From Octopus sinensis (lineage: Eukaryota): a stretch of DNA of 64,000 nucleotides. The DNA lies in assembly GCF_006345805.1 (NCBI RefSeq), contig NC_043026.1:13433579-13497578 (forward strand). Direction: 5' to 3'. Position 1 is the stretch's first letter; each line of letters starts with the position of its first letter. Shown here piece by piece: positions 51,171 to 64,000 of this stretch. The translations under genes were made by a program, and so were the position numbers. The notes beneath the pieces were generated by a model. That model ran no database searches, was not told where the DNA came from, and saw only the letters and a program-made list of their open reading frames with translations.

Positions 51171-51285
51171 TGTGTGTAAGCCTGTGTGTGTGTGTGTGTG
51201 TGTGTGTGAGTTTGTAAGTGTGTGTAGGTGTTTGTGGTGAAGGGTGTTGGGAGGGGTTTGTTAGATCAAAAGCAGAAGCCCTTAC

Positions 51286-51401
51286 TTGGCTGACGAGAGG
51301 ATATGTCTATTGTGGCACTTCTTTAGACTGTCGTCACCTGGTTCTGGCATTAAGTAGTAATCAAGGGTGGTCGTCCGAGTGTGCTCCGGGATCGTTCCCA
51401 T
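51286..51401 (-). CDS. First coding exon of the CaaX protein: MGTIPEHTRTTTLDYYLMPEPGDDSLKKCHNRHILSSA(N)
   Basis: gcaATGg (purine at -3, G at +4) with an in-frame TGA two codons upstream. 116 nt open, ending at AA|GTAAGG. Phase 2 matches the terminal exon. It lies in a non-repetitive CpG-containing island (~51220-51660). Confidence 0.72.
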
Positions 51402-51744
51402 TGCTCAACCTCCACACAGGCAACAACGACAACAACAACAACAACAATTATAGCAACGAATTTGCAGCGAGCACCGGAGGGGGTTTTCAAAAAAAATCAC
51501 AACCAGTTTGCACAAACTGTTCTAAGACAAGAACTCTTCAGACTTCGCACTCCACACACACACACACCACACACACACACACGCTCGCGCGCATCCATGG
51601 CATCGCTCACTCTCTATCTTTATCACACGTACGCATACGTAATCTCTCTATCTCTGATGCTGGGAAAGATAGATGGGAGGGAGGGAGGGAGAGGGCAAAG
51701 ATGCGGTTGTGAGAGAGGTGTGTTGGTTAAAGAGTGATAAAGTT

Positions 51745-51745
51745 T

Positions 51746-51789
<44 letters not shown>

Positions 51790-51923
51790 GTTCAAAGAGA
51801 GAAGGGTGTTCAGAGAGAGAGGCTGAGAGAGACGGGTGTTCAGAGAGAGAGAGAGAGACTGAGAGAGAGGGGGAGGCTGAGAGGTGTTCAGAGAGAGAGG
51901 GGAGAGGCTGAGAGAGAAGGGTG

Positions 51924-51962
<39 letters not shown>

Positions 51963-52022
51963 GGAGGCTGAGAGAGAAGGGTGTTCGGAGAGAGAGAGAG
52001 AGAGGCTGAGAGAAAGGTGTTC

Positions 52023-52063
<41 letters not shown>

Positions 52064-52136
52064 GTTCAGAGAGAGAGAGAGGTGTTTAGAGTGAAAGGGA
52101 GAAAGTGAGTGAGAGAGAGAGAGAGAGCATAAGTAG

Positions 52137-52220
<84 letters not shown>
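51745..52220. promoter_or_regulatory. ~470-bp (GA)n polypurine tract immediately upstream of exon 1
   Basis: Interrupted GA repeats with gggtgttca spacers. A regulatory role is inferred only from position. Confidence 0.35.
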
Positions 52221-52222
<2 letters not shown>

Positions 52223-52579
52223 TACGTCAGAAAGTAGACAGCAGAGCTGAAGCTAAAAACTTCTACCCTGATTCTCTGTCTCTCTCTACCAACCATCAAA
52301 CTGTAAAAGATACCCAGCTCCGTCGGCCAACCATACCCCTGTTGCTGCTTGGTACCTACAAACAAACTACGCATTCAGCCTGCTAGCTCTGCTCTTACTA
52401 GCAGCCCCTTTTAGGTCTGAACCAGAGCAACTGGGTAACATATATATCTACAGAATCTACGACTACAAAATGGGAGAGCTCCATGTGGCCACTTAATGTG
52501 CTAAAAATAGCAACCAAATTACCCTAAATCACAACTTACAGTCATATATATATATGTATGTATGTTGTATGTCTGCTTG

Positions 52580-53110
52580 TGCTAACAAGGGAGATTTTAT
52601 ATGGTAGCTAAGCCTGTTAGAAATAGCAGCCAAATCTCCCTCAAACCACACCTATCTTGTGTGTGTGTGTGTATGTATGAGCTAACAGGAAGACTTCTAT
52701 ATGGTAGCTAAGCCTGTTAGAAATAGCAGCCAAATCTCCCTCAAACCACACCTATCTTGTGTGTGTATGTGTGTGTGTGTGTGTGTATGTGTGTGTGTGT
52801 GTGTGTCTGTATGTATGAGCTAACAAGGGAGACTTCTATATGGTAGCTAAACCTGTTAGAAATAGCAGCCAATCTCCCTCAAACCACACCCATCTTGTGC
52901 ATGTGTGTGTGTGCATGCATGAGCTAACAAGAAAGACTTCTATGTGGTAGTTAAACTTGTTGGAAATAGCAGTTAGATCTCCCTCAAATCACACCCATTG
53001 TGTGTGTGCGTGTATGTGCATGCATGCATGAGCTAACAAGGAAGCCTTCTATATGGTAGCTAAAGCTGTTAGAAACAGCAGCCAAATCTCCCTTAAATCA
53101 CATACTACTG
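52580..53110. repeat. ~95-125 bp tandem repeat
   Basis: ctaacaag.gagacttctatatggtagctaa.cctgttagaaatagcagccaaatctccctcaaaccacac repeated 5 times, with (TG)n spacers. Confidence 0.9.
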
Positions 53111-53227
53111 TCTTAAAGGTTTGCCCTGAAGAACTAAATAACTAGCATCAGAGAGAATAAAAGATTCATGTAATACTGGTGATAGACAAAAAAGGTGAAG
53201 GAATTTGGAATTTGAAGGGACCAAGCG

Positions 53228-54240
53228 GTGCAGGCATGGTTTATGTGGTTAGGGTGCTTACTTCCAAATGCTGTAATCTTGGGGTTCCAAGCCAATCAAA
53301 GTCTTGTGAGTGGATTTAGTAAGACAGAATCCGAAAGAAGCCTACTGTTTGTTTATCTGCATGCATGTCTTTGAATCTGTGTTTGTCCCACCCCCAACGC
53401 TTGACAACCAATGCTGGTGTGTTTACATCCCTGTAACCTGGCAGTTCAGCAAAAGAGATCGATAGAATAAGTACTAGACTTTCAAAGAATAAGTCCAGCA
53501 GTTGATTTGCTCGACTAAAGGTGGTGCTCCAGCATAGCCACAATCAAAATGAATGGAACAAGTATAAGAGTATATAATATAAATAATATATATAAACACA
53601 CAAAAAAAGGACAAAAAATACAAAGAATGACCCTTCATCAGTTGTCGGCTGTCTATCTACTCCCTATTTCAAGCAGTCCCTGACAATATGAGTCTTCGCA
53701 GACAATTGCATCCATAAATACCAAAATTAAATTTTGGATTTATGGAGTCGTCAAAGTTCGGAGGAACAGGAAAGTGGAGACATACAGGGAAACCGAACGA
53801 AAACAAACATGGAGGGTCGTTAGACCTGAATGAGGGGAAAATAGTGAACGCTGGGAGAAATGTTTTCCTTGAAAAGAGAAAAGATAGAAGAGAGAGATAG
53901 TAAATGTCCAGTCCTTAGAACGTCTGTGCAGGAAAAGAAAGATGGTCAATGGCCACGTGTGAGCAACGAGAGAGATAGATAGATAGATAGATAGAAAACA
54001 TTGAAAGGGAGAATTAGAGAGGATAGGGGAGAAAACAGTATAGAATAGAATATAGAAATATTTTCCTTGAAAAGAGAAAAGATAGAAGAGAGAGATAGTA
54101 AATGTCCAGTCCTAAGAACGTCTGTGCAGGAAAAGAAAGATGGTCAATGGCCACGTGTGAGCAACGAGAGAGAGACAGATAGAAAACGTTGAAAGGGAGA
54201 ATTAGAGAGGATAGGGGAGAAAACAGTATAGAATAGAGTC
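53228..54240. repeat. Diverged SINE A (53228-53570, +), then an unclassified repeat with a ~199-bp tandem duplication (53862-54240)
   Basis: ttttccttgaaaagagaaaagatagaagag at 53862 and 54061. Confidence 0.7.
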
Positions 54241-54556
54241 ACACCAAAAAGGTTAGATACATACACAAGCATGAGTGTACATACATGTATACACACACAC
54301 ACACACACACTACCTAACTGTCAACACCATGATCGCTGTTTTCTGTTTTCCTAAACATGCATATTCTCTACAGATTTCTGAAGCATGGGATAGGTGCACG
54401 GTGGTTACCCAGCCTTCATCCGACGCCCCGCTTCACAGAAATCTGAAGAATGGGCACGCAAGTCAAGCTGCCTGTGTGTCTAGGAAACTCAGAGTAAAAG
54501 AGACACTAGAAGTCATTGACTCGTATACTATAAAAATACTCTGGCGTTTGTATGTG

Positions 54557-54597
<41 letters not shown>

Positions 54598-54972
54598 GAC
54601 ACATGAGCAAATGCGGAGCAGAAGTGTATGAAGGTCAGAGAGAGAGAGAGAGAGAGAGAGAAGAGAGAGGAGAGAGAGATCACACCTCACTGTGTGCTGC
54701 TGTGCAGAGATTTTCTTTTTTTCCTGCGAAGTTAATAGAAAGAAGTTATGATGATGATGATGATGATGATGATGATGGTGGGGTAGTGGTAGTGATGGTG
54801 GTGGTGGTTATGGCCTACAATTATATGCTTAGCTGCATAAGTGCATGCATACACATACAGGTGTGTGTGTGTGTGTGTGCACGTGTGTACTAACATACCC
54901 ACATAAGCAGGTAAATATTTAAAGACGTAAAGCATATATATATACATACATACATATAAGAGGAAAGTTTGT

Positions 54973-55017
<45 letters not shown>

Positions 55018-56814
55018 CACACACACACACACATAATATATACATCCAATATATATATAATATAATATATATACATACATACACACACATATATATATAC
55101 ATACATACATATATATATATACATACTACACACACACACACCTATATATAACATACATACATATATATATATATACTACATACCACACACACACATATAT
55201 ATATTACATACATATATATATATATATACATACATACACACATACCATATATATAACACACACACACACACATATATATATACATACATATATATATACA
55301 TACACACATATATATATATACATACACACACACACCACACACACATATATATATACATACACACACACATACATATATATATATAACACACACACATACA
55401 TATATATAATATACAACACACACACACAACAACACATACTATATATATCCACACACACACACATACATATATATATACACCACACACACCACACACACAT
55501 AATATTACATACATAATATATATATACACACACATATATATAATATATACATACATACACACTATATATATACATACACACACACATATATATATATACA
55601 TACACACACACATATATACACATACATATATATATACACACATACACACACACATATATATACATACATATATATATATACACACACACTATATATATTT
55701 ACATACATATATATATACACATACACACACATTATATATTTACATACATATATATATACACACACATTATATATTTACATACATATATATATACACATAC
55801 ACACACATTATATATATATATATAACACAAATTTGTACACTGATAGAGTTCTGGGGAGTTACGTAAAACACACACACGCACACACACAGCTAAGTCGTTA
55901 CAATGATAAGAATGGTGAAACTGGCAGAGTTTCAAAAACCGCATACATACAGACAATAGCATTTGCAGACATCATATAGGTGTATCACATACACACACAA
56001 GAAAATCTCCGATGTACATACATATATATACATACACACGTATATATATATATATATATAATATTATATATATAATATATATATATTATATATATATACA
56101 CACATACACAGATAACAGCTCTTGCAGACAAACACACACAGATACTAAACTCGTATAAAGCAAACTCCTCCTACAGACGTTAGTGTTACAAATAAGAGCA
56201 TCTCTCTCTCTCTGTCTCTCACACACAGAGAGCTATTATAGTCGAATTCATTGGTCTGTGCCCATACTGGGCACCGCTTCTCAAGGGGTTTATTTAACTA
56301 TGTCGATCTCAGTTTGACGTTTCGGTTTGACCTCGTTGCAAACAAAAGTAAAAGTCATCATAACTAGTGTGATGGGAGATAACTCTGTCAGACTTAAATA
56401 CTTGTTCAATGTCCTGGAGGCGGGTGGTTTTCTTCACACACACACACACACACCCCCCACAGTTTCAAGCATTGGATCGTGGCCATGGTGGGGCACCGCA
56501 TTGAAGGGCTTATAGTCAACCTCATCGACCCCGGTTCTTATTTTTTTTAAAGCCGGGTACTTAAACGTTTATTTAAATGAAAGAAAATTACCGTAGAACT
56601 GTCATCTAATTCTTCCAAATCTTTGTTAAAACTGAATTGAAACTATTTGTAGGGAATTTTTTTTTTATCACAGCAGCTGGTCGCACACTCGCAGTATTTA
56701 TTCGTCCCTTTCGGCCAAACTGCTAAGTTACAGGGATGTAAATAAACCAGCACTGGCTGTCAAGTAGAGGTGGAGGACAGACATCAAACACACTGACTAC
56801 GGCTTCTTTCAGTT

Positions 56815-57890
56815 TCTTATTTCTTTATTGCCCACAAGGAGTTAAACACAGAGGGGTCAAACAAGGACAGACAAACGGATTAAGTCGATTATATCGACCC
56901 CAGGGCGTAACTGGTACTTAATTTATCGACCCCGAAAGGATGAAAGGTAAAGTCGACCTCAGCGGAATTTGAACTCAGAACGTAACGGCAGACAAAATAC
57001 CTATTTGTTTACTACCCACAAGGGGCTAAACACAGAAGGGACAAACAAAGACAGAAAAACGGATTAAATCGATTACATCGACCCCAGTGCGTAACTGGTA
57101 CTTATTTAATCGACCCCAAAAGGATAAAAGGTAAAGTCGACCTCAGTGGAAATTGAACTCAGAACGTAAAGACAGATGAAATACCGCAAAGGATTCGCCC
57201 GGCGTGCTAACGATTCTGCCACCTCCCCCCGCCTTCCTTATCGTGATCCTTACCATCATCATCATCGTTGTCATCCAATGAAGAAGTCTCTAGGCGGTAG
57301 CTGGCTGAACCTGCTAGAAATAGTAACCAAACTCCCTAGAATTATTCCTTAAGTTTTTATTTGATCGTATCGTCTGCTCGCTCAGGACTGACGTGGGGGC
57401 TGAACAAGAACAAACATAGCATAGCAGCCAACATCATCGTTACCACCACCACCATCATCATCACTGCCTTTTTTTTCTTTTTCTTTTGTCTGCCGCCTGT
57501 TTAGTCACTGAAGCTGCAGCCAAGCTGGAGCAACTGCATTGGAAGGGTTTAAAGTTGCAGGGCCGGGTGAGGGACGGGATTTAGATGCAATATCAGTATG
57601 TGGTAATTTTGTTTATCATAGGCGCAGACATGGCTGTGTGGTATGAAGTTTGCTTCCCAATCACATGGTTTCAGGTTCAGTCCTTCTGCGTGTCTGGCGA
57701 AATGCTTAGTATTTCGTCTGCCGCTACGTTCTGAGTTCAAATTCCGCCGAGGTCGACTTTGCCTTTCATTCTTTCGGGGTCGATAAATTAAGTACCAGTT
57801 ACGCACTGGGGTCGATGTAATCGACTTAATCCCTTTGTCTGTCCTTTTTTGTCCCCTCTGCGTTTAGCCCCCTTGTGGGTAATAAAGAAA
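56815..57890. mobile_element. SINE B tandem (56815-57225, -) and SINE B (57690-57890, +), forming an inverted pair
   Basis: Sequence match to family B. Confidence 0.85.
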
Positions 57891-59167
57891 TAGGTAAGGA
57901 TCACGATTTTGATTACATGATTACAACGGTTATGATTATGATGATGATGAAGATGATAATAATAATAATAATAATAATAATGGCAAAAACAACACAAAAA
58001 TTCTCATTTTTGTAGGATTTTGGCAGAGATGGAATGTGAAGAATGGGATAGGGGGGTGTATTGTATGTGAGGGGGCATGATGGCGGTGGTGTTGGGGGTA
58101 ATTCGGGCTGGGGGGTGGGGGGAGAAACGAGGGGAAATTAGAAAGAACAAGATGGGGGGGGAAGGAAGTGCGGAGGTGGTGGTGATAGTGAAGAAAAGGT
58201 GGAAGCGAACCGAGGGAGAAAGACGGGCAACTTATAGCCTGTAGCATTGGTGGTGATGATGATGATGATGATGACGATGATGGTGATAACAGGTTGGACG
58301 GAAGGTGGAGGAGTTCGGATCATCATGATGATGGCAATAGTGGTGGTGGTGGCGGCGTGACAATCGTGACGGCGGCGGGGTGTGGTGTGGTCGTAGCGAT
58401 GACGACGACGATGAAGATGGTGCTAGCGGTGGCGGCAGTGGCGTAACAGCGATGGGGAAGGCGGCGATTCAGGCTGCAGAGAGAGGAGGGGGAGGAGGAG
58501 AAAAACAGACAGAAGGGCGTTGGTTGTTTAATGACATGGTATATAGGAAACATAGCGGGGAGGGAGGGGTGAAAAGGGAGTAGGAGGAGGTATACTGGTG
58601 GAAGAAGAGAGGGAGGTCGTGTAGTGTATGGAAGGGGGTGTGTGCGAGAGGGAGGGGGAGTAAATGAATCACTGCTTCAAGTGGTGGTAATAATAGTAGT
58701 GATGGTGGTGGTGGTGATGGGTAAGAGTAGCGGTGTCAGTGATGAAACGATGGGGGTGGGGTGACGACTACGATAGACAATGTATCAGTGTGTGTGTGGC
58801 GTGAGAAGGATGGTGGTGGTAGGATGTGGAATGCGCGCGCGTGCGTGTGTGTGTGTGTGTGTTTTGCGTATCTTATGCGTGAATGTGTGTGTGTGTTGTA
58901 TCAATAACTGATGGTAATAAAGTTGTGTGTGTGTGTGTGTGTGAATGACACAGGAGGAAGAGGGAGATAGAGGGAGAAAAACAAGGAGAAAGGAACGCGC
59001 ATGTTTACGCGCGCACGCGAAGTAGGCGGCGGGAAAGTAGTGTGGGTGCTGGAATGTCTTAGGGCAGCAGCAGCGGTGGTGTTGGTGGTGGTGGAGATGC
59101 AAAGGGTTAGAGAGAGTTGTTGCTGTATAAACAGAGAAGAGAAAGAAAAGGAGAAGGACGTAAAAGA

Positions 59168-59590
59168 ACGAGCGAGAGAGAGAGAGAATTCCTAAGTGGA
59201 GATATGAGAGGGTGGGAGAAGGACAGAAAGGGGAGAGGTGAGAGGTACAGTGGTAGAAAGGAAGGGGGATGCTAGCGAGAGAGAGAGAGAATTCCTAAGT
59301 GGAGATATGAGAGGGGGAAGAAGGACAGAAAGGGGTGATGTGAGAGTAGGCAAGTGAGTAGAAAGGAAGGGGGATGCTAGCGAGAGAGAGAGAGAATTCC
59401 TAAGTGGAGATATGAGAGGGGGAGAAGGGCAGAAAGGGGAGAGGTGAGAGGTACAGTGGTAGAAAGGAAGGGGGATGCTAGCGAGAGAGAGAGAGAATTC
59501 TTAAGTGGAGATATGAGAGGGGGCAGAAGGGCAGAAAGGGGAAGAGGTGAGAGAGGTACAGTGGTAGAAAGTAAGGGGGATGCTAGGAGA
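59168..59590. repeat. ~105-bp purine-rich tandem repeat, 4 copies
   Basis: gagagaattcctaagtggagatatgagaggg...agaaaggaagggggatgctagcgagag. Confidence 0.9.
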
Positions 59591-59728
59591 AAGACTTGTA
59601 ATCTAGCTGGGATCAGTGAAAAAAGGGAAGAGAGTGTGTGTATGTATGTGTGGAGGGGGGAGAACGGCTTTAATGTTCACACGCCCCCTCCCACAATACC
59701 TCCACCTCCGTCTCCGCCCCTCCCTCAC

Positions 59729-59868
59729 CGTGCTCGCTCTAGTTTTGTTTGTTTGTTTTTTATTTCGTTTCGTGTTATTTTTTTTAACCCTTTTTTATTC
59801 TACGATTTTGTTCCTTAAAAATCAGCAGCAGTTTAACATCAACAACATCTACCGATGTTATTTATAAG
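59729..59868 (-). promoter_or_regulatory. Candidate TATA box plus non-coding first exon
   Basis: Minus strand TATAAA at 59868-59863, then an A-rich leader ending at the donor-like CG|GTGAGG (GT at 59728-59727), followed by GC-rich sequence. Confidence 0.3.
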
Positions 59869-60379
59869 GATTAAGGGGAGCCTGAGCCTATCCAGGTGGG
59901 AAAACCGCTCACTCACTCACTATATGGTAGCTAGGGTAAAACCTGGTAGAAATAGCAGTCAAATCTCCCTCAACACCCTTCTGAATGTATGTATATATCT
60001 ATCCCTGGATCTTTTCGGTTTGACCGGCAGTTTTTTCTAGCGGTGTCATATGAAATTGTCACCCATAATTATAACCCTAGTATCGATCTATTACATTTCA
60101 ATCTGTTTTAGGGTTAGGGTTAGGGGAAGGGTATCTTTTTTCTTCACAAATGTAAATAAACCCAATCTGTTTCTTAAACGAGGGACATATTCATACAGCA
60201 CAGAATGTTGTTTTTACCTCAATACCCGTCATTGATTGGTTGAAATTGCAGAAATTGAAAAAAACAACAACAAATATGTTACAAACTATAGAATTTTTTC
60301 AATAAAGCCAAGAGAAAAAGATGTTTTATAAACACATTCTACCAGTATACGAAGTTTAAAAGTGTTTAGTTACGTGGAA

Positions 60380-60452
<73 letters not shown>

Positions 60453-61991
60453 GACACACACATAATAGGTTTCTTTCAGTTTCCATCTACCAAATCCACT
60501 CACAAGGCTTTGGTTGGCCCGAGGCTATTAGTTGAAGACATTTGCCCAAGGTACCATGCAGTGGGACTGAACCCGGGACCAAGTGGTTGGAAAGCAAGTT
60601 TCTTATCACAGTCATGCCACCACCTATTATATCAACCCCACCCCCACAGTAAGTGGTCAGTAAGTCTTATCTCCCATTTGCTTCTATCTAGAAATCAAAG
60701 GAAGTGACTACTATTCCCTTCACACTTTGCTTTTATCTAGAAATCAAAGGTAGTGACTACTATTCCCTTCACACTTTGCTTTTGTCACCTGGACATCAAT
60801 GTTCTGAACCTGGCCTATTTTCCATTACATTTCAGACAGATTCAGTGCTGAGTTGCTGAAGCATATCCGCTTATCAGTTGCTTGATCATAACCACTTGAG
60901 CATGTTGTCACTTAGAGGCTGACAATATGGGTATCTCTGATGATGAACAGGAGTAGTAGGGAAGCACCATAACCATATGTTGAGAGGGATTCTTTGGGGT
61001 TTGAATAAATGTAACAAAAGCAAAGTTTGAAGGAAATATTAGAAGGAAATGTGCACAACCAGTGTTGGCGTATTTACGTCCCCGTAACTTAAGGGCTCAA
61101 AAAAAAAAAAAAAGAGCCCAAAAGAATAAGTACCAGGCTTGCCCCAGCATAGCCGCAGTCTAATGACTGAAACAAGTAAAAGATAAAAAGATATATTATG
61201 TATTGACAACTACAACACCACAGCCATCGACCTGAAGATGACCACCATCACCATGACGACAACTATCATCGCTACCACCGCCGCCGCCGCCATCAATAGA
61301 GTATGTAACAAAACAAACTTCATAACAACGCCGCCATACTCTCCACTAAACACCCCCCGCCAGTCATCACCTCCGCTTCCACCATCGTCATGAAATACAG
61401 GATGTAGAGAATAACATACAATCACACAAGCCACAAGGACAGACACAAGCAGGCAGAGCCCCCTCCTCCCTCCCACTCCACCTGACCACCACCACCATCA
61501 CAAACAACAACAACAACACAAACAGCAGCATCATCACAAGTCCGTTTGTTTAACAAAGCAGTTATTTAATATAGTGAAACAGGAAAGAGATAGAGCAGCA
61601 ACAGTTTTAATAACAAAAACAACAGGGAGTTGTCTTAAGGTCACGCACGCAGACACGCACATACACACTCCTCTCTCTCTCGCCCAAGTCTGTAAAGGTC
61701 ACTTGGGAGGAGATTGTAATACGTCCCCGACGATGTGAATGGTTATTGTTTGGTAGTGTATGTGTGCGCCTGAGAATGTACACACAACACACATACAGAA
61801 AGCGTGCTATGTATGTGTGAGCATGTCCATATTTATCTATCTATCTATCTATAACTTGTTAGTGATTGAGCTGTGGCCATGCTAAGGCACCTTCTTGAAT
61901 AGTTTAAAACACCTGTACTATTATTTTAAACGTGGTACTTTTAAACGTGCAAGGGGATAAACACACACATTATACACACACACATATACAC

Positions 61992-62570
61992 TTTACTCTT
62001 TTACTTGTTTCAGTCATTTGACTGTGGCTATGCTGGAGCACCGCCTTTAGTCGAGGAAACCGACCCCAGGACTTATTCTTTGTAAGCCTAGTACTTACGC
62101 TATCGGTCTGTTTTGCCGAACCGCTAAGTTACGGGGACGTAGTAAACACACCAGCATCGGTTGTCAAGCGATGTTGGATGGACAAACACAGACACACAAA
62201 ACATATACACACACACACATACGACGGGCTTCTTTCAGTTTCCGTCTACCAAATCCACTCACAAGGCTTTGGTCGGCCCGAGACTATAGTAGAAGACACT
62301 TGCCCAAGGTGCCACACAGTGGGACTGAACCCGGAACCATGTGGTTCGTAAGCAAGCTACTTACCACACAGCCACTCCTACATCTACTCTATATATCTAG
62401 TTGTGGCGAAAGAGTATAACAGGGATCGCCAGTTACTCCTGCCGGAGCCTCGTGGGGCTTTTGGGTGTTTTCGCTCAATAAACACTCACAGCACCCGGTC
62501 TGGGAATCAAAACCGCGATCCTACGACTGCGAGTCCGCTGCCCTAACCACTGGGCCATTGCGCCTCCACA
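61992..62570 (-). mobile_element. SINE A (61992-62380) and SINE C head (62478-62570)
   Basis: Sequence match to the families. Confidence 0.85.
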
Positions 62571-63174
62571 TGTATATATGTGTGAGCCATTGTAACTGGA
62601 CTTGAAAGAAATAGAAGCCAAATCGCACCCTACTGTCTTAAGTGTGTGTGTGTATAGCAGGTGGAGAAGGATTGTGCATGAGGAGAAGGATTGTGCATGA
62701 GGGGAGAGCCACTTTTGAGAAATCTCGAGTTGCACATTTGTTGCAAACAAATAGAACAACAACAATTTATTCTATCGGCCCTGGAAGGGAAAGAGTGAAA
62801 AATCAAGCTTGGCAAGGATTTGATCCCAGGAAAGCTGGAGCAACTTAACCATATGCAGTAAAGTGTTGCCATAATACCCTTCTTCCCCACTCCACCCACA
62901 AACAATGACCTAATCTGCTTAATCTGCACTAATCCCCTGCATCCTTTTGTCCCGGATGAAGTGCAAGCATCAGCTAGAAAGAGTAGTGGCGAGGAAGAGG
63001 AGGCAGGGTGGGGTGGGGGTATGTGCCCTAAAGGAATAAAGAAAAGATGTGCATGTCTGTGGGTAGGGATGAGGGAGCAATGACGGAGGGAGCTTCAGGG
63101 TCGTGCGAGAGGAGGTGGCGCTGAAGGTGGTGTGTGGGGTGACAGGTTTAATAATGATTAAAACAATGAAAAAT

Positions 63175-63860
63175 TATACATACATACATATCTCTCTCTC
63201 TCTCTCTATATATATATATACATACATATATATACATATATATACATACACATATATATACATACACATATATATACATACACATATATATACATACACA
63301 TATATACATACACATATATACATATACATATATACATATACATACACATACATACATATACATATATATACATATACATACATACATATACATATATATA
63401 CATACATTTATATACATACATATATATACATACATTTATATACATACATATATATACACACATACACATACATTTATATACATACATATATATACACATA
63501 CACACATATATATATATATATATACACATATATATACATACATATATATACACACATACACATACATTTATATACATACATATATATACACATACACACA
63601 TATATATATATATATACACACATATATATATACATACATATGCAAACATACACATATATACACACATATATACATACATATATATACATACACATATATA
63701 CACATACACACACACAAATATATATGTACATATATACATACATATATATATGTATATATATACACACACACACACATATATATATATACATAGATATATA
63801 CACATATATATACATACATATACAGATAGATATACATACATATACATACATAAACATATA
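63175..63860. repeat. (TACA)/(TA) microsatellite field (a similar field lies at 54850-55830)
   Basis: Visible low complexity. Confidence 0.9.
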
Positions 63861-64000
63861 TTTTGTAATTAAGCAATTCTAGAAAAAAAAAAAGTTTGAA
63901 AAAAAAAAAATAATTAGTAAGCGGATGGATGAATGGTGCACATACTCAGATTGATGGCAGGAGGGAAGTAGGAAGGGATTAAGGAGTTAATCCGAGGATG

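Larger units (their letters stand above)
28747..51285 (-). other. Predicted 22,539-bp phase-2 intron (GT-AG)
   Basis: Donor CAA|GTAAGG at 51285 and acceptor TTTCAG| at 28747. The join AA+T gives Asn and keeps the frame. Hidden symmetric exons cannot be excluded. Confidence 0.7.

Noticed and set aside
51384-51401. N-myristoylation of MGTIPE
   Set aside because: Gly2 is present, but Pro5 and Glu6 do not fit the usual MGxxxS/T preference.
53620-53700. Minus-strand CUGAUGA with an upstream GAAA (possible type II hammerhead)
   Set aside because: Stems I-III cannot be paired convincingly.
56311-56343. Hammerhead-like GUUU-gcaacga-GGU caa ACC-GAA-ACGU-C-AAAC on the minus strand
   Set aside because: The stems and GUC fit, but the C3-U4-G5 core is replaced. 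At best it is a dead relic.

Overview
This is eukaryotic, microsatellite-rich DNA dominated by repeats. The SINE families and RTE, R4/Dong and Penelope-type retroelements point to a coleoid cephalopod, most likely Octopus (pattern recognition, not a database search). I find one host gene, on the minus strand, which the ORF track shows only in part. Coding exon 1 (51401-51286) joins in phase 2 across a 22,539-bp intron to a terminal coding exon (28746-28317). The product is a 181-aa acidic, low-complexity protein with a DNPF..PGGELS motif and a polybasic double-Cys CaaX tail (KEKKKQKKCCTIM). The rest is nested mobile DNA: RTE, R4/Dong and CR1-type LINEs, a split mariner, a Helitron, hAT, piggyBac-like and Tc1/mariner-type MITEs, three tRNA-derived SINE families, and mini- and microsatellites. 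Non-coding structure worth follow-up includes a hammerhead ribozyme with an intact core at 10.2-10.3 kb, several decayed minimal hammerheads, and four long fold-back hairpins. One hairpin (40-bp stem) lies inside the gene's intron. Most short ORFs in the track are microsatellite or SINE artefacts. There is no CRISPR array, rRNA or credible tRNA gene.
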